Below are positions 1 through 13,989 of a stretch of 64,000 bases of DNA, in pieces. This DNA comes from Entomortierella parvispora E1425 (taxonomy: Eukaryota; Fungi; Mortierellomycota): contig BQFW01000002.1 of NCBI GenBank assembly GCA_020891255.1, forward strand, positions 62,001 to 126,000, given 5' to 3'. A program made the position numbers and the translations under genes. Numbering within the stretch: the first letter of the stretch is position 1; every line of letters starts with the position of its first letter. The notes below the pieces were generated by a model that worked only from the letters and a program-made list of their open reading frames with translations, was not told the DNA's origin and searched no databases.

Positions 1-2550
1 GGAGCAAGACCGGTAGCAACAAAAGCCAGGCCGAGGTTCTTCTCACCACTGTTTTGGGTCTTTCAAAAAACTTAATCGTGGTCCTCGCAGCCATGATTTC
101 TCATCTCTCAGATTTTGGACTGGCGCCAGTTTTCCGGCTCTCAAAGTACTTTGAGTGCTTCACCTCGCGATCACACATGTTGTTGAATGGAAACACGATC
201 GCCAACCTTGAGATCTATAGGAACCAGACTGACTGGTCGAGTCGAGGCTCCTTGTTCTCGATTTTGGACCATACCGTGACTGGATTTGGGAAACGGCTCC
301 TGAAAAAGTGGGTTGGAAAACCATTGGTGGACCGGATAGCATTGCAGGAGAGGATCGATGCAGTCGAAGAAATTTTGTCCACAAAGGGGACAAACATCCA
401 TCTGGAAAATACCCGGAGCATGCTGAAAGGATTGATGGATCTTGAAAAGGGTGTTTGTCGCGTGCACTACGGAAAGGTAGGCCCAACTTTGACATGACCG
501 ACATTGGATTCTCTCGCATCTGTGGCTAATATGGCGATTTTTTTTTCTGGGCAAAAAATAGTCGACACCCAAGGAGTTCTTGACCATCCTCAAGGCGTTT
601 ACTCAAGTGGCCAAAGTGACGGAGCGGGCTGATCGGACAGAGCAGGATCAAGACTATGGACTGTCGAGTCCTATCTTGAGAAGACTTGTAGGATCTATGA
701 GCAAGGCCAAAGAGGATACCGAGTACTTTGTTCAGTGTTTGGATGACAATGCAGCATTCAAGAACGACAAGTTGCAAATGTTCCGAACCGAGACCCTCGC
801 TGAAAAATGGCCTGAAGTTTTGGAGCACAAGGATGTAAGTTTTCTGAATTTTGTCCGCTGATGATGTGGGTTATATCTCTGTTTTTCATTCTTGCGGTTT
901 GAACATGGTTTTAATCCAAAGATTTGTCATACTTCCTGGACTTTAGAACATTGTGCAAACAGATGCTGAGCTACAAGAACATTTGATAGAGATAAGAAAG
1001 ACCTTACGGGAACCTCGACTTGAGTTTACTTCAGTCTCTGGAATTGATTATCTCGTGGAGGTCAAGAACAAGGATGTGGCCAAGATTCCCAAAGCTTGGA
1101 TCAAGATCAGCGGGTAAGGAATAGTTCTCACGGCAAGGCAACACCGGGGTCCTGACTCCAATATTGACACAAAAGCTGAAAAAAAAAAATGACGATAGGA
1201 CGAAGCAGGTATCCCGCTTCCACACTCCGGAGACCACTCGACTTGTCAACGAGAAAGCGCAACACCAGGAAAGACTCGTGCTGTCCTGTGAGCAAGCCTT
1301 CAAGGCCTTTCAACAGGAATTCTCTGATCGCTACGAGATCTTCCGGGATGTTGTTCAGAGCTTGGCTATCCTCGACTGCCTGTTTTCTTTGGCGACGGTA
1401 GCATGCCTGCCCAACTATGTCAAGCCCGAGTATGTTGACAATGGTGGAACCCACACGACCATTGACATCAAGAACGGGCGGCATCCCATGGTAGAGCAGC
1501 TCGTATCCCCTGGCACGTTTGTGCCGAACGATGTCCATTTCGGTCTCCACCCCGAAACGCAGGTAGCGGAGACGTCCATCCTCCTCACAGGACCCAACAT
1601 GGGCGGTAAAAGTTGTTATATCCGGCAAGTGGCGCTTCTGTGTATCATGGCGCAAATAGGATCCTATCTCCCAGCGGACTCTGCCCGCGTGTCCATGCTG
1701 GATGCAGTGTATACCAGAATGGGCGCATCGGACAATATTTTTGGACATGAGAGTACGTTCATGGTGGAGCTACAGGAAACATCAGATATCCTCAAGATGG
1801 CCACCTCAAAGTCGCTGGTGATCTTGGACGAGCTCGGAAGAGGAACGTCGACCTTGGACGGCGTGGCGATTGCGTACGCAGTATTGCGACATGTGGTTTC
1901 CTCCGTCCGGGCTACAACGCTGTTTGTGACCCATTATCCATCCTTGTCCGAGGTCGCGACAGAGTTTGCCGAGGGCACGATTCGAAACTTTCACATGGGA
2001 TTCATGGCATCCTCTTCGGCAGGCTCTTCGTCCAGCGCGGATAGATCCCCGTCGGAGGTCCAAACCGAAAGTCCAGACGACGACATCGTATTTTTGTACA
2101 AGATTACACCTGGCGTATCACTCAAGAGCTATGGGTACGTTGGATATCTGATTGAGAAGTTTTTTTTGTCTGCCCTCGTTCTTTCTTTGTATTGAAGGAC
2201 CTGTAGGAGGCAAATGATCCATGTGGCTAATTCCATTTTTTTTTTTTTTTTTTTTTTTTTAACAATCTAGTTTGAACGTCGCGCGTATGGCCAAGCTGCC
2301 ACAGAAGCTGATCGACAGGGCCAGGACCAAATCCAAGGATCTGGAGCACATGCTTGAACAGCGGATTCTCAAGAAGCGGAAACGACAGCAAGATGGAGAA
2401 GACGAGGACGACCAGACCCACAATGGCCCGGATACCATTACAGACCAACAAGCAAAACTTGTCCAAAGGATCAAGCAAATCTATGCCTGTTCATCTCTGG
2501 ACCAGGCTGCTGCCCTCCAGCACGACCTGGAAGGCATCACCGCAGGCTAG
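1..2550 (+). CDS. MSH3: DNA mismatch repair protein MutS homolog 3 (5' part lies outside the window; multi-exon)
   Basis: The spliced ORFs 54-497, 580-861, 1164-2195 and 2272-2550 give MutS core motifs: GKRLLKKWVGKPL, GRHPMVE, Walker A TGPNMGGKSCYIRQVAL, STFMVEL, ILDELGRGTST and LFVTHY. GT-AG introns lie at ~478-561, 835-946, 1113-1198 and 2135-2270. Assignment to the MSH3 subfamily rests on remembered sequence similarity. Confidence 0.85.
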
Positions 2551-3102
2551 TTTTAGTCTCAAGAACCTCATCACCACCCTCCTCCATATAAAAATGTTCA
2601 TTGTTTTTTTCATCCTTCTCTATCGTCTGGTTTGGGGTCCCATTCTCGAGGTAAAAAGGAAAAAACTCTGGAAATCGCGGCCAATTTTTTATGATAAACC
2701 GTTTCTCTTCTACGTGTACGATGGACTTAAAACATCCAGGCTGAACGCTATATAAGGAAGGACAGGAAATAAAAAAAAAAAAAGAGGTAGGAAGGACGAG
2801 GACGAGGAGGAGAGGAAGAGTAGGCATAGGATATGGTGGAAGGCATCAAGGCAAGGAGACATACGAGCCCATGTTGCCATCCAAATTGATTTTTCCTTTC
2901 TTTGAAAGAACTTGTTAACTCGGGAAGGAGAGAAGGCGGCCATGAATTCAACATTCTGAACGAAATAAACGACAATAATAAAAGAAAGAGAAAAAAAAAG
3001 AGAGAGAGAGGGAGAAAAGGAAAGGTGGTGGCTGTACACAAGGCGAGGAGGAGGGGGGGGGGGGGGGGGAAAGAGGAGGGAGACAGACAGCGTGTTGCTA
3101 TA

Positions 3103-6100
3103 TTACTGGAACTGATGTTGTTGCTGCTGCTGTGGCTGAGAGTAGTGCTGCTGAGCATGCTGGTGCTGAAGCTGCTGTTGCTGTTGCTGCTGTTGAGGAT
3201 GGTGCTGGATCTGACAGAGCTGCTGCTGGTGATGTTGCTGCTGCAAAAAGTGAGAAGCGGCCGAACTATTCTCTCCCGACTGACCCTCCAGATGTCCAGT
3301 GTGAGCGCCTCCGGCACTGATGCCTGGAGGTGGCATCGTTCCGTAGGGGTGGAATCCAGTCTGAGGCATCATTGACATGCCTTGGTATCCCATCGTTGTC
3401 ATAGGCTGGGGCATGTAAGCCACGCCGGGTCCATAGTAAGGAGAGGGGATCTGTCCAGGGTAGTGTCCATAGAGCTGGTTGTGCGTAGGCATGCCAAAGT
3501 AAGGGTGGTGGTGCTGAACCGAGTAGGCACCAGGGCTGGACGCGGGGGCATCCTGACCCTCTCCGTTAATACCCAAACTGTTGGAGTCCATCAAACTGGA
3601 GCTATCAGACGACTGAGCCTGCAGACCGTGGTGCTGTTGGCTGGCAGACATGGCCATATAGTACTGTGGGCTCGATCCGTTAAAGTCGGTCGATCCCGAG
3701 TATCCACTCTTGCTTGAACCAAGCTTTGCATTCTCTGATCCAGAGGACGACTCGCCACCCAGCAACAACTGGATTTCCTCCAAGAGTCGCTTGCATCCTT
3801 GAACATTTTGCGAACTGGACTTTGAGAGCGTCGACTTGACCTTTTCTGCGAGGACAACCTTTTGCTGCTGCTCCACGTTAGGGGAGGCCAAGATCTTTTG
3901 GATCAAGCTCACGCCGTGGACTTGATCGCCCAGGATCTCGGCCAGAACATGATCCTGACTAGAGTGAACAATGCTGTTGATGAGGGTATCGCTGGCATCC
4001 GGTTCCTGGCGCTGGTTGATCACCTTCAGGACCGTCAGGGAGGCAAGCTTGTGTGTGGCAAGCAGAGACATGTGGGGTGCCAATCGAGGGGCGAGAACAC
4101 GGTAGCGACCAGGAAGCTGCGAGTTGTCCAACAACCAGGTCAACATCAATGTTCCGTTGGGGTTGGTGGCCAAGGCCAGTGCGTTCTGTACAACAGCCAC
4201 GGCGACATGTTTCTAATACATTGAAATGAAGGACCAAACATGAGTGTCTTTGAACCATATGAATTCTGCAACTGCAACAAAGGCACGAAAGTGTAGAGTC
4301 GCTTACCTGCTGAATTTTGCTCGCGTGTTGGCTCTCGAGAGAAGCTCTCATGGCCCGAGCACCAAATCGACCCTGAGCAATCTCCCAAAACTTGTCCGAC
4401 ATGGCCTCAAAGATGAAACCGTTCCGTGCCTGTCCCAGACGCAAACAGCACTGCACCACATAGTTTCCAAACTGATCCAGCAACAGGGGTGGGGTGTAAG
4501 GTTGAACGTATTTGCAGATCAGCTCGACCTGTGCGGGACTCTTTGCACAGTCAATGATCTTTTGAGCAGCCCAGGTTCCGTTCTTGTGGACTCCAATGGA
4601 CGCCAAATGAGGCGCAATCAGCTCGAGCATCTTTGTCTTTTGTGGTTCAGAGCAGCGTTCGAAAAGCTTTTGCATCACTGTGTTTCCAATGTAGTCTACA
4701 GCAATACCAAGAAGAGAGTGGGTCAATTTCCTTTGTCCAATCTCGCACGAAAGATGACTGTTTCAACCTTCAGTATTGAAGTTATATCCTTACCACTGCA
4801 AAGCTCCACGCACTCATCCATGCACTCGTTCGAGAGACTGTCCAGCTCCTTGACAGTGCAGTGGCCGCTGTCGAGTCTCTTCCTGATCTCGCGCAAGCGA
4901 GGCGCATCCAGACGTCGGTGGGGTGACGGTTCCGCAACGGGAGGGATGGAGGAAAAGTAAATCACAGGCTCCGAGGAGCTGGGCGTGAGGGTTTCCTGAG
5001 CATCCGAATCATCGTCCGTACTGAATTCTTTCAACATGGCTAACCGCTCATAGGCGGGATCTTCAACCGGAGCAGATTCTTGATCGTGACCATACGAGGG
5101 CGGGCTTTTCGTGGCCATGGTCATCAGGGCCAGCATGCGATCCAGCTCGGTGGGTGCATCTGCTTCGCGACGCGTCATCCTGCCAGTCGAGGCATTCGAC
5201 ATGCGAATCTCGCCGTTCATGTCCAAATTGTCACCATGGCCAGGCGAGGGGCTGTCACTGGGCGATTGCTTTGCGGGTACCTTTGCAAATCCAATCCGGA
5301 CAGCTCCTGTACCAGGTCCAAACACTTCTTGACCATGCATGACCTTCTTGGCCAAAACCGCATCTTCCATATTCTCAAAGTTGATGAATCCACACGACTT
5401 GTGAGTAAGAACACGGGCCGATTCAATGTTTCCAAAGTGCGAAAACACTGCGTGCAGCGAAGAAGGCGTGGCTGACGCGGGAATGTTTCCGAGCCCTAAT
5501 GTAACATACAACTCCTGGGTCAGCACTTTTGAACAAGACGAGAGAATTGTACAAGAATAGATCATAGACACACTGCCCAGACAGACAACTTACATAATGC
5601 ACGAGTTGGGTGCAGCACTGGAGCATCCGCATTGGCCATCAACTCTGCCTTTCCATAACCGACACGCACAGTGGCATTGCCGATCCGGCCACCTCTTCGC
5701 TCTGAGATATCTTCTTTGGCCCGCATGGCATCTTCGACTCTTGTAAAGTTGATGAAAGCGCACTCCTTGTCAGGGATCACCTTGAGCGACTCGACTGGTC
5801 CAAAGGCGCTAAAGACTTGCATCAGATCGTTGGTGGTGAAGCTTGGGTCTACATTACCGATCCATAATGATCTAGTTGGGATCTGTTGCGTCACAGCCGC
5901 GGCGGCCGAAGAGAGACCCAGGTCGTGATGCTCCTAATGATGACGAAAGCAAGAAGAGTCGACAGGTAAGACAATGACCGGCACCAGTGTGGAGTCTTCA
6001 AGGAACAAAAAAAAAGAAGTGAAGCCACGGGGAATGATGACAATGGGCAAGTCCGCGGATAAATGACTGTGGCGAACATGGCTGTGAAACACAGCAGCAC

Positions 6101-8449
6101 AACCACACCGCCCCTTCTCTCGGACCGCGATCTCTCTCGTTCCAATGGTGGCACCCACATCGAGGGTGGAGCCAGTCCCAAAATAAACCAAAAAAATAAT
6201 AAATTAAAAATAATTAACGGTCCCGTTCGTCCCATCCCCCCATTCTTCCCCTGTCTCCCGCAGTGATGTCGTCGTGTCGAATCCTAATTGCTTGCTCTGC
6301 TGTCCTTGCCCCTATGCGCCTTTCCTCTTCTCTGGTAAAATGAATGGCGGAGAGGGGGCAGACAGCCCAACGAGCGTTCGGTGCATCTCCACCCCCACAT
6401 TTTCCTCCACCTCCCTTCCTTCAATCCTAGTAAAGAGTGTGGTTTTCTGAAGAAGAAGCGCGCTGGGGTGGTGTTTCGTTCATGGATTGTTCCTTGGACC
6501 CCTGGCTCCAGAACCCCCCTTTGTTCCCGCCTCCTGAAAATTGCTCTCTCTCCCTTACACCTTCTCACTGTCTTTCCATCGTGACATAAAAAACATCGTG
6601 AGAATTAAATTTTCCAGTTCGTGAACCCTACCTGGATCAAATCGCCGCTGTTCGGGAGACTGTGGTTGGACCCGCTGTTGCCGTTGCCTTGCTCATGCAT
6701 GCCTCCACTACCATTAAGATTGCCAAAGGCCACATCTTCCAAACTCCTTCCACTGAAGCTACTGCTGTGCTGATGGCCAGGTCGCTGGGGTTTTGAGTAA
6801 AGCTGGGAAGACGGGGGCTGTTGTTGTGACGTTGACTGGGGCTGTTTTCCAAGCTGTGGGTTGTAGCCAAGGGAGAGTGAGTGGCTATGGCCGAGGCCAC
6901 CATTGTTGGCGGTCGCATTGGTGTTGGTGTTGCCACTTTGGATCTGGCCCTTGTCACCAGGCACGGACGAGAGGCCATTGACAATGTCAGCCAGCATATC
7001 GGCGCCTGCGCTTGTTGTGCGCTGGTGAGTTTGTCTCGCCTTCATGTCACTGTAGCTTCGAGGTCCTGCATTCGCAAACTTGCGCTGCTCATCAGCGATA
7101 TCATTAGGGATCTCAAGAAAGCCCATGCTGATAGCTCTGGGTCGAGAATGTGTCTGTTGAAAAGACTGGAATTGAACCACTCCTCCTGCTGTTGTGGGGT
7201 AGGTACCGATGGCACCGGATGAGCCAGAAGAGGGAGAGCTGGCATTCAGTTGTCCCACATCATCCTCATGTTCGTCCTCCAGAACCTCCTGGTACGCTGG
7301 TGTTGCTGACACAGAGTAGGATCGGATCCGGTTTGCAAAACTCACGCTATTGGGCATCAGCAGTGAGTGCGCCAACGATTTTTCCAGTCGGATTTCTGTA
7401 TTACCACCTCCTTGCTTGTTGAGGCCATTGAGGCCCCCGATGGCCGGAAGAGTGTTGTGGCCATTGAGGTTGCTCAAGCTGTTACTCCTGTTGACAAGGT
7501 TGTTATTACCTTGACCCATTGAAGATGCAGACGCGGAAGGGGGCGAGGGCAAACCGCGACCTGCGCCCATGTCTAGATGTGAAAGTGCAGACGAGGCAAA
7601 AGAAGCGGATCTACTGCGCAAGTCGACCCCGATACGGTGGCCTCCTGCGTGAAGCGAGGATGAAACGGATCCTGGTCCTCCGATGCTGCCAATACTGTTG
7701 CCGGACCCAAGACTGAGGCTTGCTGCGCGATGATGCTGATGGTGCTGCTGTTGCTGATGGTGGTGGTGCTGGAGGTGGCCGCTGCCGGTGTTGTTGTTAT
7801 CGTTACTGTTCAAGAGATGGCTGCCACCGGAGCCAGACTGGACAGGGTCGTCCAGTCCGAGGGCATCCAGCGTACTCATGATGGCATTCTCGTTCTCAGA
7901 GTCAAAAAGCATCTCGCGCGTCGTGGGCGTCGTCGCTGGGCGGTCGCCGGTGGGCGAGCCAGGATCTCCCCAGGAGGAGGTAAAGATGGAAGGACCAAAA
8001 GCAGCGGATATGGAGGCAGACGGCAAGGTCAAGGACCCGGATCGATGACGGTTCGAGAGCTGTGGAGGCACGAGCAGACTCGGCGTGCGGCGCAGGGGTC
8101 TCTGGGTCCCGGGCGGATTCTTGCCTCCGAGCGAGAAGGCGGCGGTGGGGGTCGAGAGCGAGGAGGACGAGGTCGAGTGATGGAGATGATCGTGAAGGAA
8201 GGGCGATGGACGCGCGCCCATGGATGGCAAGGTGTCGGCACGGGCTCGACGCGCGGCGGCAAAGGAAGGGATCGCCATGGCCATGTCGGCGGACGTGGTT
8301 GTGATTATGGGCATGGCATTGTTGGCGTTGGATGAGGATGGATCATTGGCAGGGTTGAGCGAGTCGACGAGGTGGTCCCTCTCGCTGTGGGCCTGGGTAT
8401 GATTCAGACCATGACCTCCTGGCTGGACCATGGCCGAAGGAAGGTCCAT
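3103..8449 (-). CDS. Puf1/Jsn1/Puf2-type RNA-binding protein (long low-complexity N-terminus, 2 RRMs, Pumilio repeats, poly-Q tail)
   Basis: RRM motifs: TRSLWIGNV..KECAFINF (5562-5894) and KSCGFINF (4723-5571). Pumilio repeats: DYIGNTVMQKLFE, HKNGTWAAQKIID, DQFGNYVVQCCL, NPNGTLMLTWLLD and DQVHGVSLIQKIL. Several GT-AG introns, including a ~740-nt one after 6632. Confidence 0.88.
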
Positions 8450-8582
8450 GTGATTGAGAATGTTGCTGTTTTGTTGTTGTTGTTTTTGTTCACTTGCAAA
8501 GAGAAAATGAAAGGATGGACAAAAGGCAAAGAAGGAACAAAGATTACAGACAACAACTAGATTAGATTAGGAAGGATAGGTA

Positions 8583-8730
8583 AGGAAGGAAGGAAGGAAG
8601 GAAGGAAGGAAGGAAGGAAGGAGAAAGAAAAGAAAAGGAAAGGAAAGGAAGGAGAATGGATGGATGAAAGAAGGGAAGGGAAGGAAGGAGAAGGAAGGAA
8701 GGAGAACGAACGAAATGAAATGAAATGAAT
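8583..8730. repeat. (GGAA)n/(GAAAG)n/(GAAAT)n microsatellite tract in the 5' flank of the Puf gene
   Basis: Directly visible tandem GGAA, GAAAG and GAAAT units. Confidence 0.9.
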
Positions 8731-9730
8731 GGAAAAAAAAAAAAAAAAAAAAAAAAGACAGGCCAAGAAGACCATGACGCATGCAATCGTGTCACTTTCC
8801 TGTCAAAGTTTTTCTTCTTGCTCTTTGCGCCTCAGTTCTCCACGTCCAGTCCTTGACTCCTCGGGACAGCATCCATCCCCTTCCTCCTTCGTTGACAAGC
8901 CAAAGGGACCATGCCACCATGTGCGACGGAATGGGTGCAAGTGCAACTATTGCACTCTACACACACTACATACACTACATACACTACATACGGCAGTCAG
9001 TGTTTTGTGTTCGAGAGTGTGTCAGTCTGTCCGTGAGGGTGTGTGGTGGATTATTCAATTATTGTATGCAATTTATATTGTTGTTTGCCCCATGTTCGTC
9101 CCTTCCTGCTTCTCTTCTCTGTTCTGTTGTTCTGTTGCGGATGTGCGTGGAGTGCGTGTTGTGCTGTGCTGTCACCGGCTGTTCATTCTGTCCGTCCATG
9201 GTCGGTCGGCTCTTCTTTCTTGACTTTACTTCCATGCTTCTCTCGTTCGGTTGGCTCCTTTCTTCCCTGCTGATTTGCCTGATTTGTGGATGTTGGCTCC
9301 CTTGGTCCACCCCCCCTTCTTTCTTCTTCGCTAAATTCTCTAAATGGAGAAACCAACCGTCTGCGAGGCAGCGTCTGTTGTGTTGTGTTGTGTGTCAGTC
9401 CCTCCCTCTCTCTCGCTCTCTCTCTGCGCTTTCATCGAGGGGACCATTGCGCTGTTTCCGAGTGGCCCCCTTTTTTGATTTTTTTTGATTTTTTTTTATT
9501 CTCTTTTCTTCTTTCTTTTTTTTTGATGCATGGTTGTATTGGATGCATGATTTTTTTTTTATTGCACATGAACTATATGAGTGGGGTGTTGTGTGTTTTG
9601 CGAGTGAGTGAACAAGTGAGTGGAGAAGTGGCGAATGAAATGATTGAAAAAGAGTTAAAAGTGGAGTGGAGTAGAGTGGAGAAAGGGAGTGGAGTGGAGT
9701 GGGGAGAGAGCGACGGCGCAAGCTCCGAAT

Positions 9731-12700
9731 CTACCGTGGCGTTGGAGGAGGCGACATTGAGCCCTTGCTGCTGTGGACACTGCCACTGCCTTGGCTCATG
9801 TTGCTGTGGATGCTGCTACTGCCGTTGCTGCTGTTTTGATGGTTGAGATTGGATCCTCGACGAGATCGAAGACGGCCAAGGACACTCTCCTCACCCATCA
9901 GAATGCTAAAGAACGTTCTCTTGGCCCCCGAGTCGCTCCTGGGACGCGTCGCACCCTGTCCAGACTGCTGGCTCTGGGATCGTGACCGGGTGCCTCCCGA
10001 GGTCACCGAGGACGAGGCGGAGAATAGAGAGCCCGAAGGCCCACCCGACGACGGCCCGACCGGCCGTGCCACCGCCGCTGCCTTTGCCTTGGGCGAGCCA
10101 GGGGTCACATCGTCAAACGCAATGTCATCGATGCCTGACCAATATTTCTCTTGTGCGATGGCCATGGCGCTTCGCGCCAAGGCTGTGCGCAGAACGGGAT
10201 CATTCTTCTGGAAAAAGAGACTTGTCCTGGGCGCAGGTTGATTGAGAGGAGCAGGCGATGGACTCCGAGAGATCAAGATGGACACCTCTGCTGCAGATGC
10301 ATCGCCAGGCGATGTGCCAGAGGCGGCCGCCTCTGCGGCTGCCTTCTCTGCTGCCGCGGCCGCTGCAGCTGCAGCCTGAGCGGCCTCGGCCTTCTCAATC
10401 TTGCGCACTTCCTCAAACGTAAACCTCATTTCCTCGAGTGCATCGACAATGTGCTGACCAAACTCTTTGGAACCCAGTTTCAAACTGGTGATACAAAAGA
10501 AGAGCTCGGATTCCTTGACCATGTACGCACATCCATAGCCATCAGGGACCACCTCTCCCCATCCATACGCAATAAAGCAATCGTCCGAGATCTGAGAGGT
10601 CGACAGTCTCCAACGGCAGGCACGACTAAAGACCGGATCTTTGAACAGCGCAGGCTCTTCTTCATCCTTGCCTCGGATCAACCTCAGGCCCAGCATGTGT
10701 CGATCGATGGCTTGACCGTCTACTGCCCAGGCCGTGTACTGGGCGTGCCGCGCCACAGCTGCGCGACAGGCCACGGCCCGATCTCGGAGACTCTTTTCCG
10801 GATCATCCATGGCCTCACAAAAGGCCTTGCTCTCGTTGGAGCACGAGCGCGCAGTCTCTGTCCGCCCATGGCGGTATTTACGCGTAGCCGCAGATTCGTA
10901 CGTCGCCACGAGCTCTCCATGTTTACGGTAGTAGGCAAGCTGAAGAGCCATCTGAACATACGCGTCCGGGGACATCTTGAAGGTCTTGATAAGACCCTTT
11001 CCGTAGCCCTTGAACTCTGTCGGGATCATCTCGTGGGCGGCTGCTGTGGCCTCGAACGAGCTCTTGGCGGCCTTGATGGCCAGCTCCAACGCTGGACTAG
11101 AGACAAACTTGAGTGGCAGGGGCTTGTCCAGAGCCGAGGCACATTCGTACAGATCCTCGGCGTTCAAATTTCTGAAATCAGGCAGAGGTCGAGCTTGGGC
11201 CTCATCAATCAAGTAACGGCAGAGACGAGATGTAGGGGTGGCATCCATTTTGGAGTGCTCCCCGTTCATGCCGGCGCGACCATTGGCAAACACAATCAAT
11301 TGGAAACACTTGTCAAACCAACGGCTGGCGCCGTCGCCATGCCAGCATGCACGTGAAAACTCTTCACAAGTCACTGGGGAAGAGGAATCCAGACAGAGCA
11401 CAAACATGGAGGTTTCGATCTTGGCCATATGGGCCTTGTTCGAGACGTGTGCCTCAAAGAGGGTCACTCTGTCCCGAGCTGCCTGGTCGCGTTGACCCGT
11501 CGAGAGGATACCGATGGCAGGTACGTTCGAAATGTCATCGTCCGCCATCTTCTTGATACGCTCGAGCTGGATCATGATCTCGCGTGGACTCAGGACCGAG
11601 GAAGGTTTGCCTGGGAGATGGAGTGTCTCAAAGATGTAAAACTTGCCATTCCTGACCACGCAAATGTGGTTGTTGCTGTCTGTTGGGTATCCCACGGCCG
11701 AATCGGCGGCCAAGCCCGAGATGCGACTGTAGTTGAAGAGGTAATTGTACATGTTCATGCAAAAAGGCGCGTTCCTGGCCATATCGGGCGTGAGCGTACG
11801 TCTAACATCGTGGTAGATGAGGAGATGCGGGATGTGCGGGATGGAGGTTAGTGCGTTGTCCTCCTATCAGATTTAATCTTTATCCATCGTCATCGTCGTC
11901 ATCATCCTTCTCTTCCTCATCCTAGCCCTCTCTGCACTTGGGGGGTGGCCGTTGTTTCGCGCATCCCTTGCAGCAAAAGAGCAGATGCAACACAAGCGAT
12001 CATTATCGCCGTTCTTGTTTGGCTCGATCCCTCACTCTCCCGGAAATCCTAAATAGGCAACAGCACGCGCCTCTGTCCTCCACGCGCATGTGCTACTGTG
12101 GACTGACGGAATGCAGTTTTGCTCTTTTTCTGTGTTTGCCCAAAGGCTCTCAATCCACCCCCCTCTCTTCGCTCTTCGTCCAGCGTAATCTACTTTTTCT
12201 CCACTCTCCCACAGCTTAAAAAAGGTGGAGGGAAATAGGCCCGAAGAATCATCGATGGAGCGGGATGGCAAAAAAAAAAAAATACAACAAAAATGAAGGC
12301 ATGGTAAGCCCGGATGGCATGGGAAACTTACGTTGCAATCAATTGACGGAATTCGAGTGCCAAGCTGACCAACAGGGCAGCACGGGCGGTCTGAGTGGGC
12401 ACGCGAGGGTCATCCTGAAATCCAAAGTAATAGTTGACAAAGAACGTGGACGAGTCCCTGTGTGTGAAGTAGGCCCAGTCATCCCACCATTCGGCCAACC
12501 AGCTGGTACCCCTCCGTTCGCAGTCCTGGGCATGGGCGCGCAGTCGTTGATCCAGATCTGTATGTTTTGACTTGAAATCCTGGACTGCCACACGAGTGCG
12601 CTCATATTCTTCATCGGTCGTCAAAGGACGGACCGTATCGAGGTACCGATCCAGCGTCTGATCCAGTGGGGGGATGGGCAAGGAGGGAAGCTCGGCTTGA

Positions 12701-12879
12701 CCCTTGTCCATGATGGCGACCATAGGAGGAGGAATGTCCTGGTTGTGCAAAGGTCCGAGGATAGGCGATGGCTCTGGCGAGTTCTCCACGGACTTGTTCA
12801 AGTTTGGGATGGGTCCGGTGTGGAGAAGTGAGACTGTGGGTCCACGGGCCAAAGGCCGGTGGAGATTGTTTGGAGGCAT
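9731..12879 (-). CDS. Carnitine O-acyl(acetyl)transferase, probably cytosolic Yat1/FacC-like, with a long Ala/Ser-rich C-terminal extension
   Basis: LPSLPIPPLDQTLDRYL, WLAEWW, RWFDKCFQLIV, catalytic GEHSKMDATP, TYESAATRKYRHGRTET, LSTSQ and YGWGEVVPDGYG. One intron at ~11803-12330. No PTS1 (ends PPPTPR). The start codon at 12879 is inferred. Confidence 0.9.
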
Positions 12880-13989
12880 TGAGGAGGAAACGGCTGAGTT
12901 GAATATACCGCGGTGACCCAAGAAAGTGGAGAAGAGAACAGAAAGAGTGGAGAAGGGGAGGAAAGAAAAACAAAAGGAAAGAAAGCGGAAAAGAGCAAAG
13001 AAGAACCAAGAGTCGAGAGTGAGGAGAAGGAAAAAAAAAAAAAAAAAAAAAAGAAAGAGAAAAACAGCGAAATATATAGTGGTGGCAAACAGACGGGCGC
13101 ACGGGGAATCCTGATTTCATGTGGCTGTTTTCCCCTGTGCATCTGCCCTGCCTCTGCCCTGTCTTGCCCTGTCTTGCCCTGGCTGCTCCTTTGTAACTTG
13201 CTCTTTCCTCCTGCAGATCTTTTACTTTGCTCAGCGACAGCTCCCTCGCTACCCGAGGTTCGACCTGCCGATTGGTCTAAATCATGACCGCTGTCTCTTT
13301 CACAACATCCTGGTTGTTTTGGCAATCCTGCATCCAGGCCCTTGCACCTCAATTGATCCTGCTCTTCAATGGACCCTGCGCATCGATAGAGTCGACTCGA
13401 TTGTTTTCGAGTGTTGAGTCGTCTTGGTGGATTCTTGGGAACAGGCTGTAAACAGGCCGTAAACGCAGGAGAGGAAGGTGGTCGCTCTGGAAAGAGAGAG
13501 CGAGAGAAAGTGAAAGGAAACAATGGGACGGGAACGGAGAGGTAGAGAGAAGAGAGAAGAGAGAAGAGGAACAAGAGAGAGAGAAGGAAGAAAAGAATAA
13601 ACTGACGGCTGCTTCGTAAAGTATCGTGTTCCGTTTGTCCGATCCTTCCGTCGGTCAGTGTTTGTGCACACACACACACACAACCCACACCACCACTTCC
13701 GTCCGATGGGTTCGACTGCAGGGATGTCTGCAGACAGAACCCCGCTTTGAGGATTTCGTTGTCCAGGAGGAGAAAGCCCAAAGACCGAAAGAGCCAGCCA
13801 GCCGTGACCCCGTGCAAATGCAAACAGCAGCCCACCCTCACTAAACGGCACTTTTCGCTGGATCAATTTTTTTTTTTTTCCTTTCCTGCGCCCATTGCGC
13901 TTTGCAGGGAGATAGACCGGTGGACGGTGCCAGTCAAAAGCACATCGAATCCTTGGATCACTCTCTTCCATCACCCCCATCCTACTCCA

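Noticed and set aside
8557-9721. Phe/Ser/Leu/Cys-rich ORFs between the Puf and carnitine acyltransferase genes
   Set aside because: Low-complexity purine/pyrimidine tracts with no domain signal.
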